Shown here piece after piece: positions 1-11,900 of a stretch of 64,000 nt of DNA (the stretch's first letter is position 1; every line of letters starts with the position of its first letter). The notes under the pieces are model-generated. The model searched no databases. It was given only the letters and a program-made list of their open reading frames with translations, and had not been told where the DNA came from. A program made the translations under genes and the position numbers. Source of the DNA: Trichosphaerium sp. ATCC 40318 (lineage: Eukaryota > Protista > Tubulinea). The DNA is taken from contig JALMLS010000589.1 of the NCBI GenBank assembly GCA_038496445.1, forward strand, positions 124,001 through 188,000, in the 5' to 3' direction.

Positions 1-149
1 CGTTTCCAAGTTCTCACAATTTCAAAATGTACACCAAATCAATCCATGTAAGTATAAGATATTGCCAAACGAAGACCTACATGCTCGAAATGATGACCGA
101 TATCAAGTTTTTCAGGTGAATAGCGTATTGGAATGCACTTACTAGTTGA

Positions 150-340
150 TTGCTGTCATCACTATGTGGACTCATACTCTTCATATTCAACTATTCGAAT
201 ACCATGGATTTTAACATTGCCTCAGTCACTTTTGTATTTATAGCTCTCAGTATGAATACCTTTCAATACTATTATCCCATCATCACTAGCAGAGGTTTCA
301 TTAACACACCTCAGAGTTAGCACCCACCTTTGTTTGATAA
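150..340 (-). pseudogene. possible decayed LRR remnant of the GVHTI-repeat family
   Basis: Minus strand reads GGTATTCATACT-GAGAGCTATAAATACAAAAGTGACTGAGG, resembling 59161 GGGGTTCATACTATTGAGCTAAGGAATACTGAAGTAACTAATGAAGG (GVHTIEL.NT.VT.E), but frameshifted. Confidence 0.3.
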
Positions 341-351
341 AACATTACTTA

Positions 352-402
352 GTCATGAATACATTTTGCTTTAACTGTCATGAATACATTTTGCTATTAA
401 CT
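352..402. repeat. two-copy tandem duplication of about 25 bp
   Basis: gtcatgaatacattttgct(a)ttaact occurs twice head to tail. Confidence 0.8.
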
Positions 403-509
403 GAGTCCAATTGAGCTCTAGTCAAGTTGATTATTTGTTTTCATACTAAACTCTTATCTTCATATTCTTGCAGGAACAATCACATTCCACTAATAGACAT
501 ACATTTCAG

Positions 510-895
510 CTACACAAACTGTAGTGTTGTGTTAGTCTTTTGGCTTGGTTTTATCTGTGCCACCTTCATCTTCTAATTCCATCGATAAAAAGGATTCTAT
601 ATCATTTATCAAGGTGTTAAACTCCTAAATAAAAAGAAAGGTTAGAATCATAATAAATGCTCTATTTTACCTCTAAGTCTATAGTGTCTACTGGCTCCAT
701 AATAAGTTCATTCATATCAAAACTATTAGGACTGAGTGCACGCTCGAGGGCCACCAGTTGTTCCTTGTAAAACTTTCTACGTTTGACCTTAAAATATATT
801 TTTTGCTTTACATTGGTTCTAAATGAACAACGACACATGCCACTAATAAATTCAAGCATAGTTTCTATTTCATCATTTATATCAGTTATCTTCAT
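510..895 (-). CDS. hypothetical spliced protein (5' end uncertain)
   Basis: ORF 662..895 joins in phase 0 through a GT(670)..AG(625) intron to an exon EFNTLINDIESFLSMELEDE...FV* with stop at 510-512. No family recognised. Confidence 0.35.
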
Positions 896-1811
896 TTCTA
901 TATGTTGGGCACGTGTCTCAATCTATACTGAACTTAAAAAAAGGAAAAAGAAGAATTATTTTTGAAAAGCTTTCTTCAAGATGCAAAGACATGAATAAAT
1001 AAGTTCGGAAAAGGCGGTTTGCGGGTTGTCCTTATTTGTAAAACACGCCATAGTTTAATCAGTTTTTGGTAAGAGGGCACGTGGAGCTGAGTGGTATAAA
1101 CGAAAATATTTGAAGAATTTGTTCGCATAACTACAGGATTTGAAGCTAGCGCACTGAGGCGTTGTGGAATGTCATGTTTAAATGCTGTGGCTCGTTCACA
1201 AAGCAAAAAGTGGTGACTTTGCGGTCTAACTGTTCCAAAATGCAGTTTTAAAGAGAAAAGCTGTATAGATTGTTGAATTTAGGTGTTTTGTGCGTACTTG
1301 TTTATGTATCTGCGAAAGTGATGAATTAGGAGTGTTCCCTTTGTCTCTTTGAAATAACCGATTCATGGTGAATGTCTGTTTTTTTTTTTACGATACAATA
1401 CTTGCTGAACTCCTTTGACCAAATTAATGTTAGATCCCTATCATCCATTGGCCTACAAACACAAATACACCTGATTGGAGGAAACCCATCTTGTGGCTTG
1501 ACCGTTTGGTCGCAAATCCTGAGACCCTGTTTTATTAAAAGTTGCAAGTACATTGTAATCATTGCGTTGCCTTAGTTTCAGACATCCGTAAACCTGGTTT
1601 GTACATACATCAGACTTGTTATTTGCGATAAGCTTTTTAGCTGGTGTACCAGTTATCATTGTCAAAAGCAATAGTTACACTAATCATGTGTTCACTTTTC
1701 TTTTTGTAAAACGAAGGAAAAAGAAGAGACCCATTCAACGAATTTAGGCTTAAGTGGTAGTAATGTACAGTAATATCATAGAGTAGAGCATTGTTACAAG
1801 TGTTAGACACT

Positions 1812-3001
1812 ATGGAAGAAAAAACGCAACCTGAAGGCGATTATACCATCGTAGACTTTCCCATGGAGGTATGTATACTGGTAATTACAAGATTAACGTA
1901 TTTTAGATAATACTCCACTTATTAGCGTTTGTTGATGATATTGAAGACCTTTGCGCTTGTATGCAGGTTAATAAACTCCTTTGTAGCTGTTGTAGCGATA
2001 ACAAGGTAATAACAGATGTATTTCAGCCGTTTTGTCGATCGTTTTTAACATTGCTGTCGTTGTTCGTCAGATATGGAAAGCCCAGTTGGTTATGCTCGTT
2101 GGGGCTGCGCCGCCAAATGGTAAAAACTATAAAAACATATACAAAGGGTTAATTAAAAGCTCAGCATATGCAAAAGTACGATACAGTTTCATCAAAAACT
2201 TTTCTTCATTTTTTCTTCACTGAACTTCTGACAGTTTTCAGGCTATATTTGAAGAGAAGCAATATGCTAGATCTAAGGATGATAAATCATGGGGAACATA
2301 TATTAATACATCTACTCACATTATTGGATTAAGTTTCAGAGGAGAATACAATGCATTGGTTGAAAAAGTTGGTGAGATTGAAATAAATACTCGATCTCTT
2401 TATCGTTCTTATAACTACCATGGAAACTACTCATCTCCATACCAAGTACATGAATAAACTAGTTCATCACATAAGTATTAAACCCATTTCTCTAGGGCAG
2501 GATCGCTTTTCAGAACGGTAACATAAAACTCTAGAAAAGTTTACACTACTTTTTTTTTTGTACTTCCGTTGTATTGATTGAGACTTTAGGTATATTCTTT
2601 CCAACAGAGATTCCAACAGGTCGCCGTGGGGGTGGGAGAGTAATTAGGGAAAACCAAGATTGTGCAGGTATTGTTTTATTTCAAATAGTCACAAGACACG
2701 TGTCAAAACATTGTTTGATGAAAGCTTTATTTATTATTGATACAGGAACACCTTTGCATTGGGCTTGTATTTGTGGGCATATAAAAGTTGTCAAGTTCTT
2801 TCTTGAAGCTTTCGCTGATGAAATTGATGTTGATATTAAAGTTGAAAGGTTCAATGCTACTGCTATAAAAAGTATGCAACAAACAAACAACTGTTTGTTA
2901 AAGGATGTCGTTGTTTCTTTCTAACTTTTTTATTAGTTGCTCAAAGAAATGGTCACTTTAAAGTTGCAAAGTTGATACGAGAATTTAAAAGCCAATTATA
3001 A
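1812..3001 (+). CDS. F-box plus ankyrin-repeat protein (multi-exon)
   Basis: Spliced N-terminus IVDFPMEIILHLLAFVDDIEDLCACMQVNKLL...IWK is F-box-like; C-terminal GTPLHWACICGHIKVVKFFLE and AQRNGHFKVAKLI are ankyrin-like. Confidence 0.8.
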
Positions 3002-3450
3002 AACATTACACAAATGAAAAGAACACGTGCTTCAATAGTCAACACGTCAAATAAAAACAGTTTTCCGAAAGGATTATTTTCACGACGTTGGTATTATGGT
3101 TGCTGGTTGTTCTCATTACCTTAGTTTCTAATCAAACTAACGTTTGTTATCTTCACACTTACCTAGAGCAAAACGAATTTGTTGAGTGCCTAGTTTGAAT
3201 GGGCTGCCTTGAAACAATACCTTTATCATTCTGCTTTTGGTAGTCCTAACAATTTACCATTCATGTGCCATCGAACTTCATTATTCACAATAACATACTG
3301 TGTTAGTGCCGCACCTTGGATTCATCGCTCCCATGAAGTTGTTCTTTATTATCATTGTTGTGCTGGTTAAGTGAACGTCTCATGTTTGTTCTTAAAAAGT
3401 CCATTTTATTGTGTTATGTGTGGAATCAAAAAAAAAGTTAGATTACAAAT

Positions 3451-6400
3451 TTACAATGCACATCTGCATGAACAATGTGCTGATACTCTGTTATTTACTC
3501 TTCTTGATGAAGTGCATGATATAATTGCTGACTGGCCAGTGTATCTAATAGCAACACAACACCTAAAGAGGAAAAAAGTAAGAAAGACAATACATTACAG
3601 CTGTAGCCTTCGTACCCTTGGCAATCATTTTCTGCTTTTGTTAATGCTTCCCTAGTTGCTTCATCATCGTCTTCAATCGTTGATTGTCCAAAACCAAGCA
3701 AAACAGGACGCTACATATGTAAGTCAAAGAGTCTTTAGTAATTTTTTGTACCCTAACAGAAGAAGGCGCTGAAGTTACTGGTGCAGGCGTAGCAGGTTCA
3801 AACGTTGGTGATTCAACAGGTGCTTGTACTGGTGGAGAAGTGATTGGAGCATCAGATGGAGCGGTACTAATAGGAGTATCGCTTGGTGGAGAAACGGTAA
3901 CGGGAGTGTCAACTGGAGCGACTGTGACTGGCGCCTCAGTAGGTGTTTCAGCAGGAGCATCAGTAGGAGAATCAGTAGGAGTATCACTTGGAGGAGACAT
4001 GGTTACAGGAATGTCAACTGGAGCGGCTGTGAATGGCGCCTCAGTAGGAGTTTCAGCAGGAGCATCACTAGGGGCATCAGTGGGGGTGTCAGTCGGTGCC
4101 TCTACGGGTGGTTCTAAATCCTCATTAATTCGTCAAGTATTGTACTATGTTTATACCAGATGGTTGTAATGTTGGTGCTTCCGTAGAAGTTGATGGTGTT
4201 AGGTTTGCAGGAGAAAGTGTTGGTGGTGTAGATGATGGTTCATCAATGGGTGGTTGTGACATTGTTGGTTCAACTGTTGGTGCATCTTAGAGTGTTAATA
4301 ACGCTGTTAAAATATAAGATATTTCTTGTACCTGTTGCAGTAGGAGAAGCAGTAGTTGGTATCACAACAGGAGCTGACGTTGGTGTAGGTGTAGGGGAAG
4401 CAGTAGTTGGTATAACAACTGGAGGTAGAGTTGTGGGTGTTGTTGTTGGTGGTTCTGTTGTAGGTGTTGTAGTTGGTATAACAACTGGAGGAAGAGTTGT
4501 GGGTGTTGTTGGTGTTGGCTCAACTGTGGGAGGAATGGTGGTAGGTACGGTGGTAGGTGGTGGCGTTTGATCCGTAGGAGCTATTGATGGCTCATCTGTA
4601 GGCGCTGTAGTTGTAGGTACAATAGTAGGTGGTGACGTTGGTATAGGTGTAGGGGAAGCTGTAGTTGGTATAACAACTGGAGGAAGAGTTGTGGGTGTTG
4701 TTGTTGGTGGTTCTGTTGTAGGTGTTGTAGTTGGCGCCCTTGTTGGAGGTTGAGTTGTGGGAGACGCCGTTGGCGGTTCTGTTGTGGGAGCGAGTGTTGG
4801 TGCTGCGGTTGGTTCAACTGTAGGAGGAACGGTGGTAGGTACAGTGGTAGGTGGTGACGTCGGTATAGGCGTGGGGGAAGCAGTAGTTGGTACAACAACT
4901 GGAGGTAGAGTTGTTGGAGGCATTGTTGGAGGTTGAGTTGTAGGAGGCTCTGTTGGGGCTGGTGTAGGAATTGGAGTTGGTGCGTCCGTTGGCGTCATTG
5001 TTGGGGGAACTGTTGTTGGTTCTCTTGTTGTAGGAGCTACTGTGGTTGGGGATCTAGTTGTTGGTTCTCTTGTCGTAGGTGCTACTGTAGTAGGAGCACG
5101 TGTTGGAACTTGAGTAGGTGGTAGTGTTGTAGGACTACGTGTAGGTGCTAGAGTTGGAGCCACGGTGGTTGGCGAGCTGGTTGTTGGTGGAAGTGTAGTA
5201 GGAACACGTGTAGGAGCTAGAGTTGGTGCCCTTGTTGGAGGAATGGTTGTTGGTTCTCTTGTTGTAGGAGCTGCAGTCGTAGGTGGAAGTGTGGTAGGAG
5301 TTAGTGTAGGAGGGAGAGTGGGAGGGAGAGTTGGTGCTCTTGTCGGAGCTGCTGTGGTTGGAGATCTAGTAGTTGGTTCTCTTGTCGTAGGTGCTACTGT
5401 AGTAGGAGCACGTGTGGGAGCTACTGTGGTTGGAGATCTAGTTGTTGGTTCTCTTGTAGTAGGTGCTACTGTAGTAGGAGCACGTGTGGGGGCTGGAGTT
5501 GGTGCCCTTGTAGGTGATGCGGTGGTAGGAGGTCTAGTTGTTGGCATTAATGTTGGTGGACTTGTAGGAGTTCTTGTTGGAGGTGCGGTAGTCGGAGGTG
5601 GTGGTGGCGTGGTTGTCGGTACACTCCCTGCTGTAGGATTTTGTGCTACCTGTATACATGTGAGTACAGTGAAGCGGATTTAGTGACTGTACTGGTGATA
5701 TTTGAATATTGAGATACGTGTTACTAGCTTGAGAACCAGATCTGATTGCCATTCCTGATAGTCTTCTATTTGAAGGGAAAGATGGTACAACACATTCCTA
5801 TAACGTAATCTAAGAACATAAAGTTGCAATCATTCATTAAAATTTGATGTGGTTTTGAAGTACTAAAAGGGTTTGCACAATTTCTATGTCCATCAGATGG
5901 ATAAAAGTAGATTACAGTTGTTTGGTAAAAAAACCCTGAAACGTACGACATATGAAGGGGTAATCAGCCTTGGGATTCCTGTGATTCCAGAATCACCGCC
6001 AAATAAACATAACACTTCTTCAAGAAAGTAATATCCACGCACACCTATAGTATCACCGATTGTTGCAAAATCCCTGTCAGTGTATGAAACATATGGACAT
6101 GGAAGTCCATTTGCTAAATTATTTTTGTTATTCGGCTGGTAATGTATTTACAACGAAGACCTCAGTTACATACCGTTAATAAACCATCCAAGGGTATTGA
6201 TGACATGTATATCTTCTGGAGTAATGGTAAGAATCGATTCTGGAGTAATATCATCCAATGGAGCAATAATACCTTAAGAAGTGAGTTTTAGCTTTTTTGT
6301 TACTTAGATGCATACCAACGCTCTCATCTTTCCAGTTATCTTGTTGTCCACGTATAGTTGAATACTCAGAAGTAGGTTGTCTTGTTAAAGCACTTATAAA

Positions 6401-8133
6401 GAAAGCAGGAGAATCTATACGATGTTAGGAATTAAAAGAAAATTAGAAAAAAAAAAGGATGATCTTAAGGTTTTCTTTATCCTTTTGTAGTTAAAAAGGT
6501 ATGTACCTAACTCTAATGTACGTGATCTAAAGACGCTTGTATCAGGTGTAGGAAATCGGAAAAAATCTAAAATTGTTGGCTGAACACCAAAAGGTATAGC
6601 AGAAGGATTATTGGCAAAATTAGTAACTAGCAAGTTATAAGTTATCAAATAATTTATGTTTTGTGATGCCTACTTCTCCCAATATCACTTGTAAATCCAA
6701 AAACACGTGCTAATTCGTGAACCAATATAGCATGGCCATCAAGGAAGCCCTGTGTAAAACAAATATTGCGTCAACATTGAGCTTAAATAAATAAACCTCG
6801 AAAGTGAGATATACTTAGAAAAAAAAACACTCACTGGAGTTAAGCCATCAGTTATATCCCAGTCAATATTTCTTCTATTTGATACTGTGATTGTAGCATC
6901 ACGAGTACCATAGGGACCATCAAACATATCAGTATTTTGAAAAATATTCTTTGCAGGTATTAGTGGCGTCATCTTTTCGTCTGATAGCAAAAAAAAAATC
7001 TCGTTTCGGAACTTCACATTCTTCTTTTTTTGGAACTATTTAAATCGAGACTTCTCACCTTTAGCATTGATTTCAGAGGGCCATGATCAACTACTGGAGA
7101 AAATCCTTCTGGAAGAATGTACTCAGGTCGCTCGAAGAGTATACCAAAAAATCCAATAGTTGTACCCAGTTTGAATGTAAGTTGCGTGCTAAAAAAAAAA
7201 AATCTGTGTTAAACAAAATAACCAATAGCATCACTTACGTAAATCTCGGTGTCAAAAAATTATTTACCCTAACAACATCTGTAACTGCAAGCTCTGGTAT
7301 TGTACCAACATCTAAATGGATCTCCAATGTTGTTGCATCAACAATATATGCTTTCTTCAAGAATCACGTGAGCGAAACGGCATTTTGAATAGACCTATTT
7401 TCAATCTACAAAAAAAAGTAGTACCCAAACATCAAGAGCTCTATCGAAAGCATCCATAATATCTGCACGCTAGGAACATCAATGAGATAGAACTTTGAAG
7501 TCTTCAAAAATAACAAAAAGAACGAAAAAGAAATTTCGGGAAACGTTGTTTTGTTCTACTATTGTTTCCACGTGAGCAAACACGTGTTTACACCGAAAAT
7601 GATGTGCGAAAATATATAACCAAGATATTATGATTTTACGTACTTGCTGAGCTGCTGGAGTAGTAACTATGTTTAAAATCAATTGGGATACTTCAATATC
7701 TGCTCTAAACACAATAAAAATCCAACTTAAAACTGAACCAAAACTGCGACACTCCACAAATTTTTCTTTGTAGCGTTTTAACTGAATACATACCTCTTGC
7801 TGCTATGTACATCAGCAGAATGACGCGTAAAATTGCTGAAATCTATCTTCTTCGCATCATGCCATGTGTATGTCACTCTGGTGTGATTGGACACTGAACA
7901 AGTGTTTAGACAAAGTGCCAAAATGACTTTGATAAAGAAATAAACTTTCACAACAAGTGCCGGCAACAAACAGCGTATAAAGCGATCAAGCACGAAGATC
8001 TATAATCTTGACGCTAGTGCGTAAGCTATACTGTTGGTTATATGTACATACGAGGTATCCTTGTGGCGTCAGCTTGAAAATAAGAGAATAGCGCTAGTAA
8101 TGTAATAGCATAGATCAGCGCTGTATGAGCCAT
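3451..8133 (-). CDS. secreted protein: degenerate zinc-metalloprotease-like domain, IPT/TIG-like domain, long Pro/Thr mucin stalk, Cys-rich C-terminus
   Basis: Signal peptide MAHTALIYAITLLALFSYFQADA at 8133. Spliced motifs DWDITDGLTPGFLDGHAILVHELARVFGFTSDIG, PTILDFFRF, DNWKDE and ITPEDIHVINTLGW; PT repeats 3760-5620; ends CCVAIRY...HCSCRCAL*. Confidence 0.75.
3760..5620 (-). repeat. coding Pro/Thr-rich tandem repeats (PTTVAPTTREP, PTTLPPVVIPTTASP, PSDTPTEAP)
   Basis: Visible in ORFs 4270..5547 and 3641..4000; the DNA units are near-identical. Confidence 0.95.
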
Positions 8134-8470
8134 GTCTACGTGAGAGTATGTACGAAGTAGTACTTTGCTCTGCTTATAACGGAGATATATCTATGGTTGT
8201 GAACCAGATATCGTTTGACTTTCACAAAAGGAAAAAAGAGAACGATAGCAAAAACCAAGTTGCTTCTGAGGTCTTACTCATACTATAACATAGTCGGTTA
8301 GATATTCTTGTCTTTATCAGCGTTTACAACATAAAAATTTTTCTAGAGTCACGTGACACCTAAGTGTTCATTCATTTAAACTCTGGAAAAACCCAAGACC
8401 ATAACTCACTTAGGCTCAATTTAAACTAACCAGACTAGTAATTGACTTACAAGTGTCGTATATAAACAGT

Positions 8471-8762
8471 TTATTTTGAAAGGTGAAGTATTGCTGGTCT
8501 AAGCGCAACACAAGCAGTACTGGTGCATCTAAATCCTGCTGGGCAACAGTTCATTCCATCAGAGCAGCAAAAACCGTGATCAAACCCACAACATCCGTAA
8601 CCACCTACATTATACATCAATATAATTATATCGTGCGGTTGTACCTGTTCGCAGTGGGCAGCAAGTATCTTGAGGAGGACACGCGTATTGAGGGCATACA
8701 AGATCCTTACAGCTCACGACCATAATCAATACGGCGATAGCAAAAAAGACATTCATTTTCAT
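8471..8762 (-). CDS. secreted single-domain granulin
   Basis: Signal MKMNVFFAIAVLIMVVSC; removing a 40-nt intron (8605-8644) gives the 12-Cys granulin pattern CPQYACPPQDTCCPLRTGGYGCCGFDHGFCCSDGMNCCPAGFRCTSTAC. Confidence 0.9.
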
Positions 8763-8906
8763 TGTAACGTGTGCTAGGAATAATAAAAAACGTAAACAAG
8801 TCAACTGTTGTAGTTTCTTAGAACGTTTTTTTTTCTCATTTACACGTGCGCCTTGGCCACCCCTTCGTTTTTCAAGAGAACTTAAGTACATTTACAAGGA
8901 TGATAT

Positions 8907-11900
8907 TTATTGAATAATTATATTAGCTACGTCCACCTCATGTTTACTATGACATAGATAAACAGTAGTATTCTCATAATTTTCTTTTTCTCCTCCGAAA
9001 TTAGTGAACACATGAACATGTACTATTATTGGTCTTTCAAGTTTTTCAGGTATACTATGGAACAGCTTTGTTTTAACTGTATATGTTCCTCTAGGCGCTT
9101 CGGCTATAGTATACTCTACAGGTCCATACCCTATGAAGAATTTAGTATTTCAAGAAATCTTTAGAAAAATGAATGAGATGTACCTTTAACATCATCGGAG
9201 AGTACACCACCGCTCATCGTATTGTTTTTTAATGGTTGACATATTTCACCTGTAGGTTCAACAACATGTAACTCTACATTTGATAGTGGACAATTCCATG
9301 TAATAACAACCCTAAAAAAACAACGCTAAGCGAAAAGTAGAAAAAAAAAAAGTCGCTGTAATTGTACCTGATGTCGTAGTTAACTTGACGGCTTGATATA
9401 GAAGATAAGTGTGCATTATGTTCTTTGACCCAATGATCTAATTCAACAAGTTGTTTATACTTGTCTGTACGAATCAATTTCTGCCGAAGTGCCAAGTAAT
9501 CATTCAATGCAATCATAGAAATAGAATGAGCGAATCGCGCATCCCAAGCGTCAGTAAGAATCTTAATTAAGTTCTTTCCTGCTTCGACATAATCTGAAGA
9601 AGACAGAAAAACACCCAAGTCCCTAACAAGTATAAGATAAGCTAAGAAAACGCAATAGTACGAAAAGAAAAACCAGACTTTCGACTTACCAAAATACGAG
9701 CGGTTGCTCTTGACGCATCTCTGTGAGCTTACTATATAAATACCCAGTAATTTTTTTGGTATTCACATCGTTGCATGAGTGTAGTTTCCATGTAAGTGCA
9801 CGGTATTTCTTGTCATTATCTATATCGTCTTCAACAAGCTTTGAAATCACATTGATCGCTTGCTGAAAGCAACCATCACTTTTGTATTCATCAAATTTAG
9901 CCTGGAATTAACACACAAGAAGTTAGCGTTACAAAAAAAAAGGATTAACAAATCACGTGACTGTGCTACTTGAAAAAAAAGCGGAAAAGGTTTGAAAGGA
10001 AAAGATCGTACGAGTGTGTTGTTGATGACTTGTTGTTGATCATTGTTAAGATTTTGTTGTAATATCGTTATATACTTATCCGCATTTGTAAGAGACATGC
10101 AAGACATATCGCTTGACAAATCTATGTCATTTTCCATGATTTCATCAGCAAGTTCTTCGTCCTGTTCTTCATCCATTTTAGTAACTAGACTTGTACTTAC
10201 TTTTCTTCTCTTCTTTCGTTTTCTTTCTGGTTTGTTGCGTTTACTTTCATCCTTCTTTTCCCAATTCAATGGACTCGCTCTAGGTTTATCTATGGCATGG
10301 CTTAGGTTTAACATTGGTGATAGTGTTACTGGAGTACCTATAGATACAGGCGCCGACAGGTATACAGGAGAGTATGTTGGTGAGGCTGGTGAGTATGAAG
10401 GAGACGCTGGTGAGTATCCTGGTGACGTTGGTGAATAAGATGGCGAAACCGGTGAGTAATTAGGTGATGTTGGTGAGTATCCTGGTGACGTTGGTGAATA
10501 AGATGGCGAAACCGGTGAGTATTTAGGTGATGTTGGTGAGTACGATGGTGATACTGGTGAGTATGATGGTGACGCTGGAGAGTATCCTGGTGATGTTGGT
10601 GAATATGATGGTGAAGCCGGTGTGTAATTAGGTGATGTAGGAGCATAAGATAGCCTTGTTGGTGAGTATGGTGGTGCATTATAAGCTGCGGTAACAAATC
10701 CAGTAGCTTTACCTGCCTTCTTTTTCTTCACTTTTTTCTTTTTCGATTTCTTTGTACTTGATGCTGACGTCTTTTTAGGAGGCTTTACATCTGTTTCATC
10801 CGTATCAAAGGTAAATCCTTTGCTACTAAATCCACGACGTTCGTTTGGAGGAGCTAAAACAATTAAGTTAGGTCTAGAATTTGTAAATATTGCTTACCTA
10901 TAGAACCAAAACCGGGTGTCTTTAGCTTAAAAGCGCTGCTTTGGTTACCAAAGCCTGTATTACTTCCAAAAGTTCCTCCTTGGCTTTGTTGTGAATCACC
11001 AAAGCTGAAGCCTGCGCTACTGCCAAAGCCTCCAACACTTTGCCGCTGACCAAACCCACTGGTATTTTTACTCTCACAGTTCTCACCAAAGCCTTGGCGT
11101 TCTGAACTACCAAACCCAGATGTGAGTCTGCTGTTGTTACTGGACCCAGAACCAAACCCAACTGTGCTTGGTGGGTTATTACTTGCTGTGGCCAAGCCCA
11201 GAAACCTTCGTGGTATGCCACGCGCTTTTTTTAGATTTCTCTTGGGTGTTTGGGTTTGTGAAGCTAAGAGACTTGAAAGGCTCTCAGGTGTATCTGACTC
11301 GGTGCCATGGATTTCAGCTAATCTAGCAGCGCCGTAATTACGTCTGTTGCCATAATTTCCACCTCGACCTCTTCCTCTGCCTCGGCCACCTCGACCACCA
11401 CCTCGACCACCACCTCGGCCACCTCCTCGGCCACCTCCTCGGCCACCTCCTCGGCCACCATGTCTACTTCTGTCTCTGCCAATCCAATTGTTTTGTCTTC
11501 CTCCTCTAGAACCGCCCCAGCTTTCTTGGCTTGGATAAATTCCTTCCTTCTCTTTGTTGTATTCAACAGAACGCAAACTAGGTATGTTAACGTGTTGCAA
11601 ATAAAATGAAACAAATAACATACTCCTTAGCTCTTTCAGCTGATCTTGACCTAGATCGTGACTTAGACTGAGCAATTGACATGCGCTTTCGTAAATGTGA
11701 GCGAGATCTACTTCTGCTATTTCTGTCTCGCCTTCGTAACCTTCGCGAACGAGACCGCTGTGGTGATATACTCATAGGAGAAGGTGATCTCCTTCTACCG
11801 TATGTACTATGTTGCTCTGTGTTGGCATAAGTGCCTCCTTCTTCTTCACCGTCAGAGCTATCATGATGTGAATATCTCGAATCTTGCCAGCTATCACGAC

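Noticed and set aside
3775-5683. Plus-strand Val/Gly-rich ORFs and alternative-frame ORFs
   Set aside because: Antisense or off-frame shadows of the Pro/Thr repeat exons.
8055-8062. Other RTATCCTT matches (8055, 30582, 36939, 48142) as U12 donors
   Set aside because: They lie antisense to the local gene, inside exons, with no matching branch site.
10338-10697. His/Gln-rich ORF resembling a histidine-rich protein
   Set aside because: Alternative frame of the heptad repeat; splice phases support the YSPTSP frame.
9847-10731. RPB1 (RNA polymerase II largest subunit) suggested by YSPTSP repeats
   Set aside because: No polymerase motifs such as NADFDGD; the heptads are internal and flanked by VIT and DUF2135-like domains.
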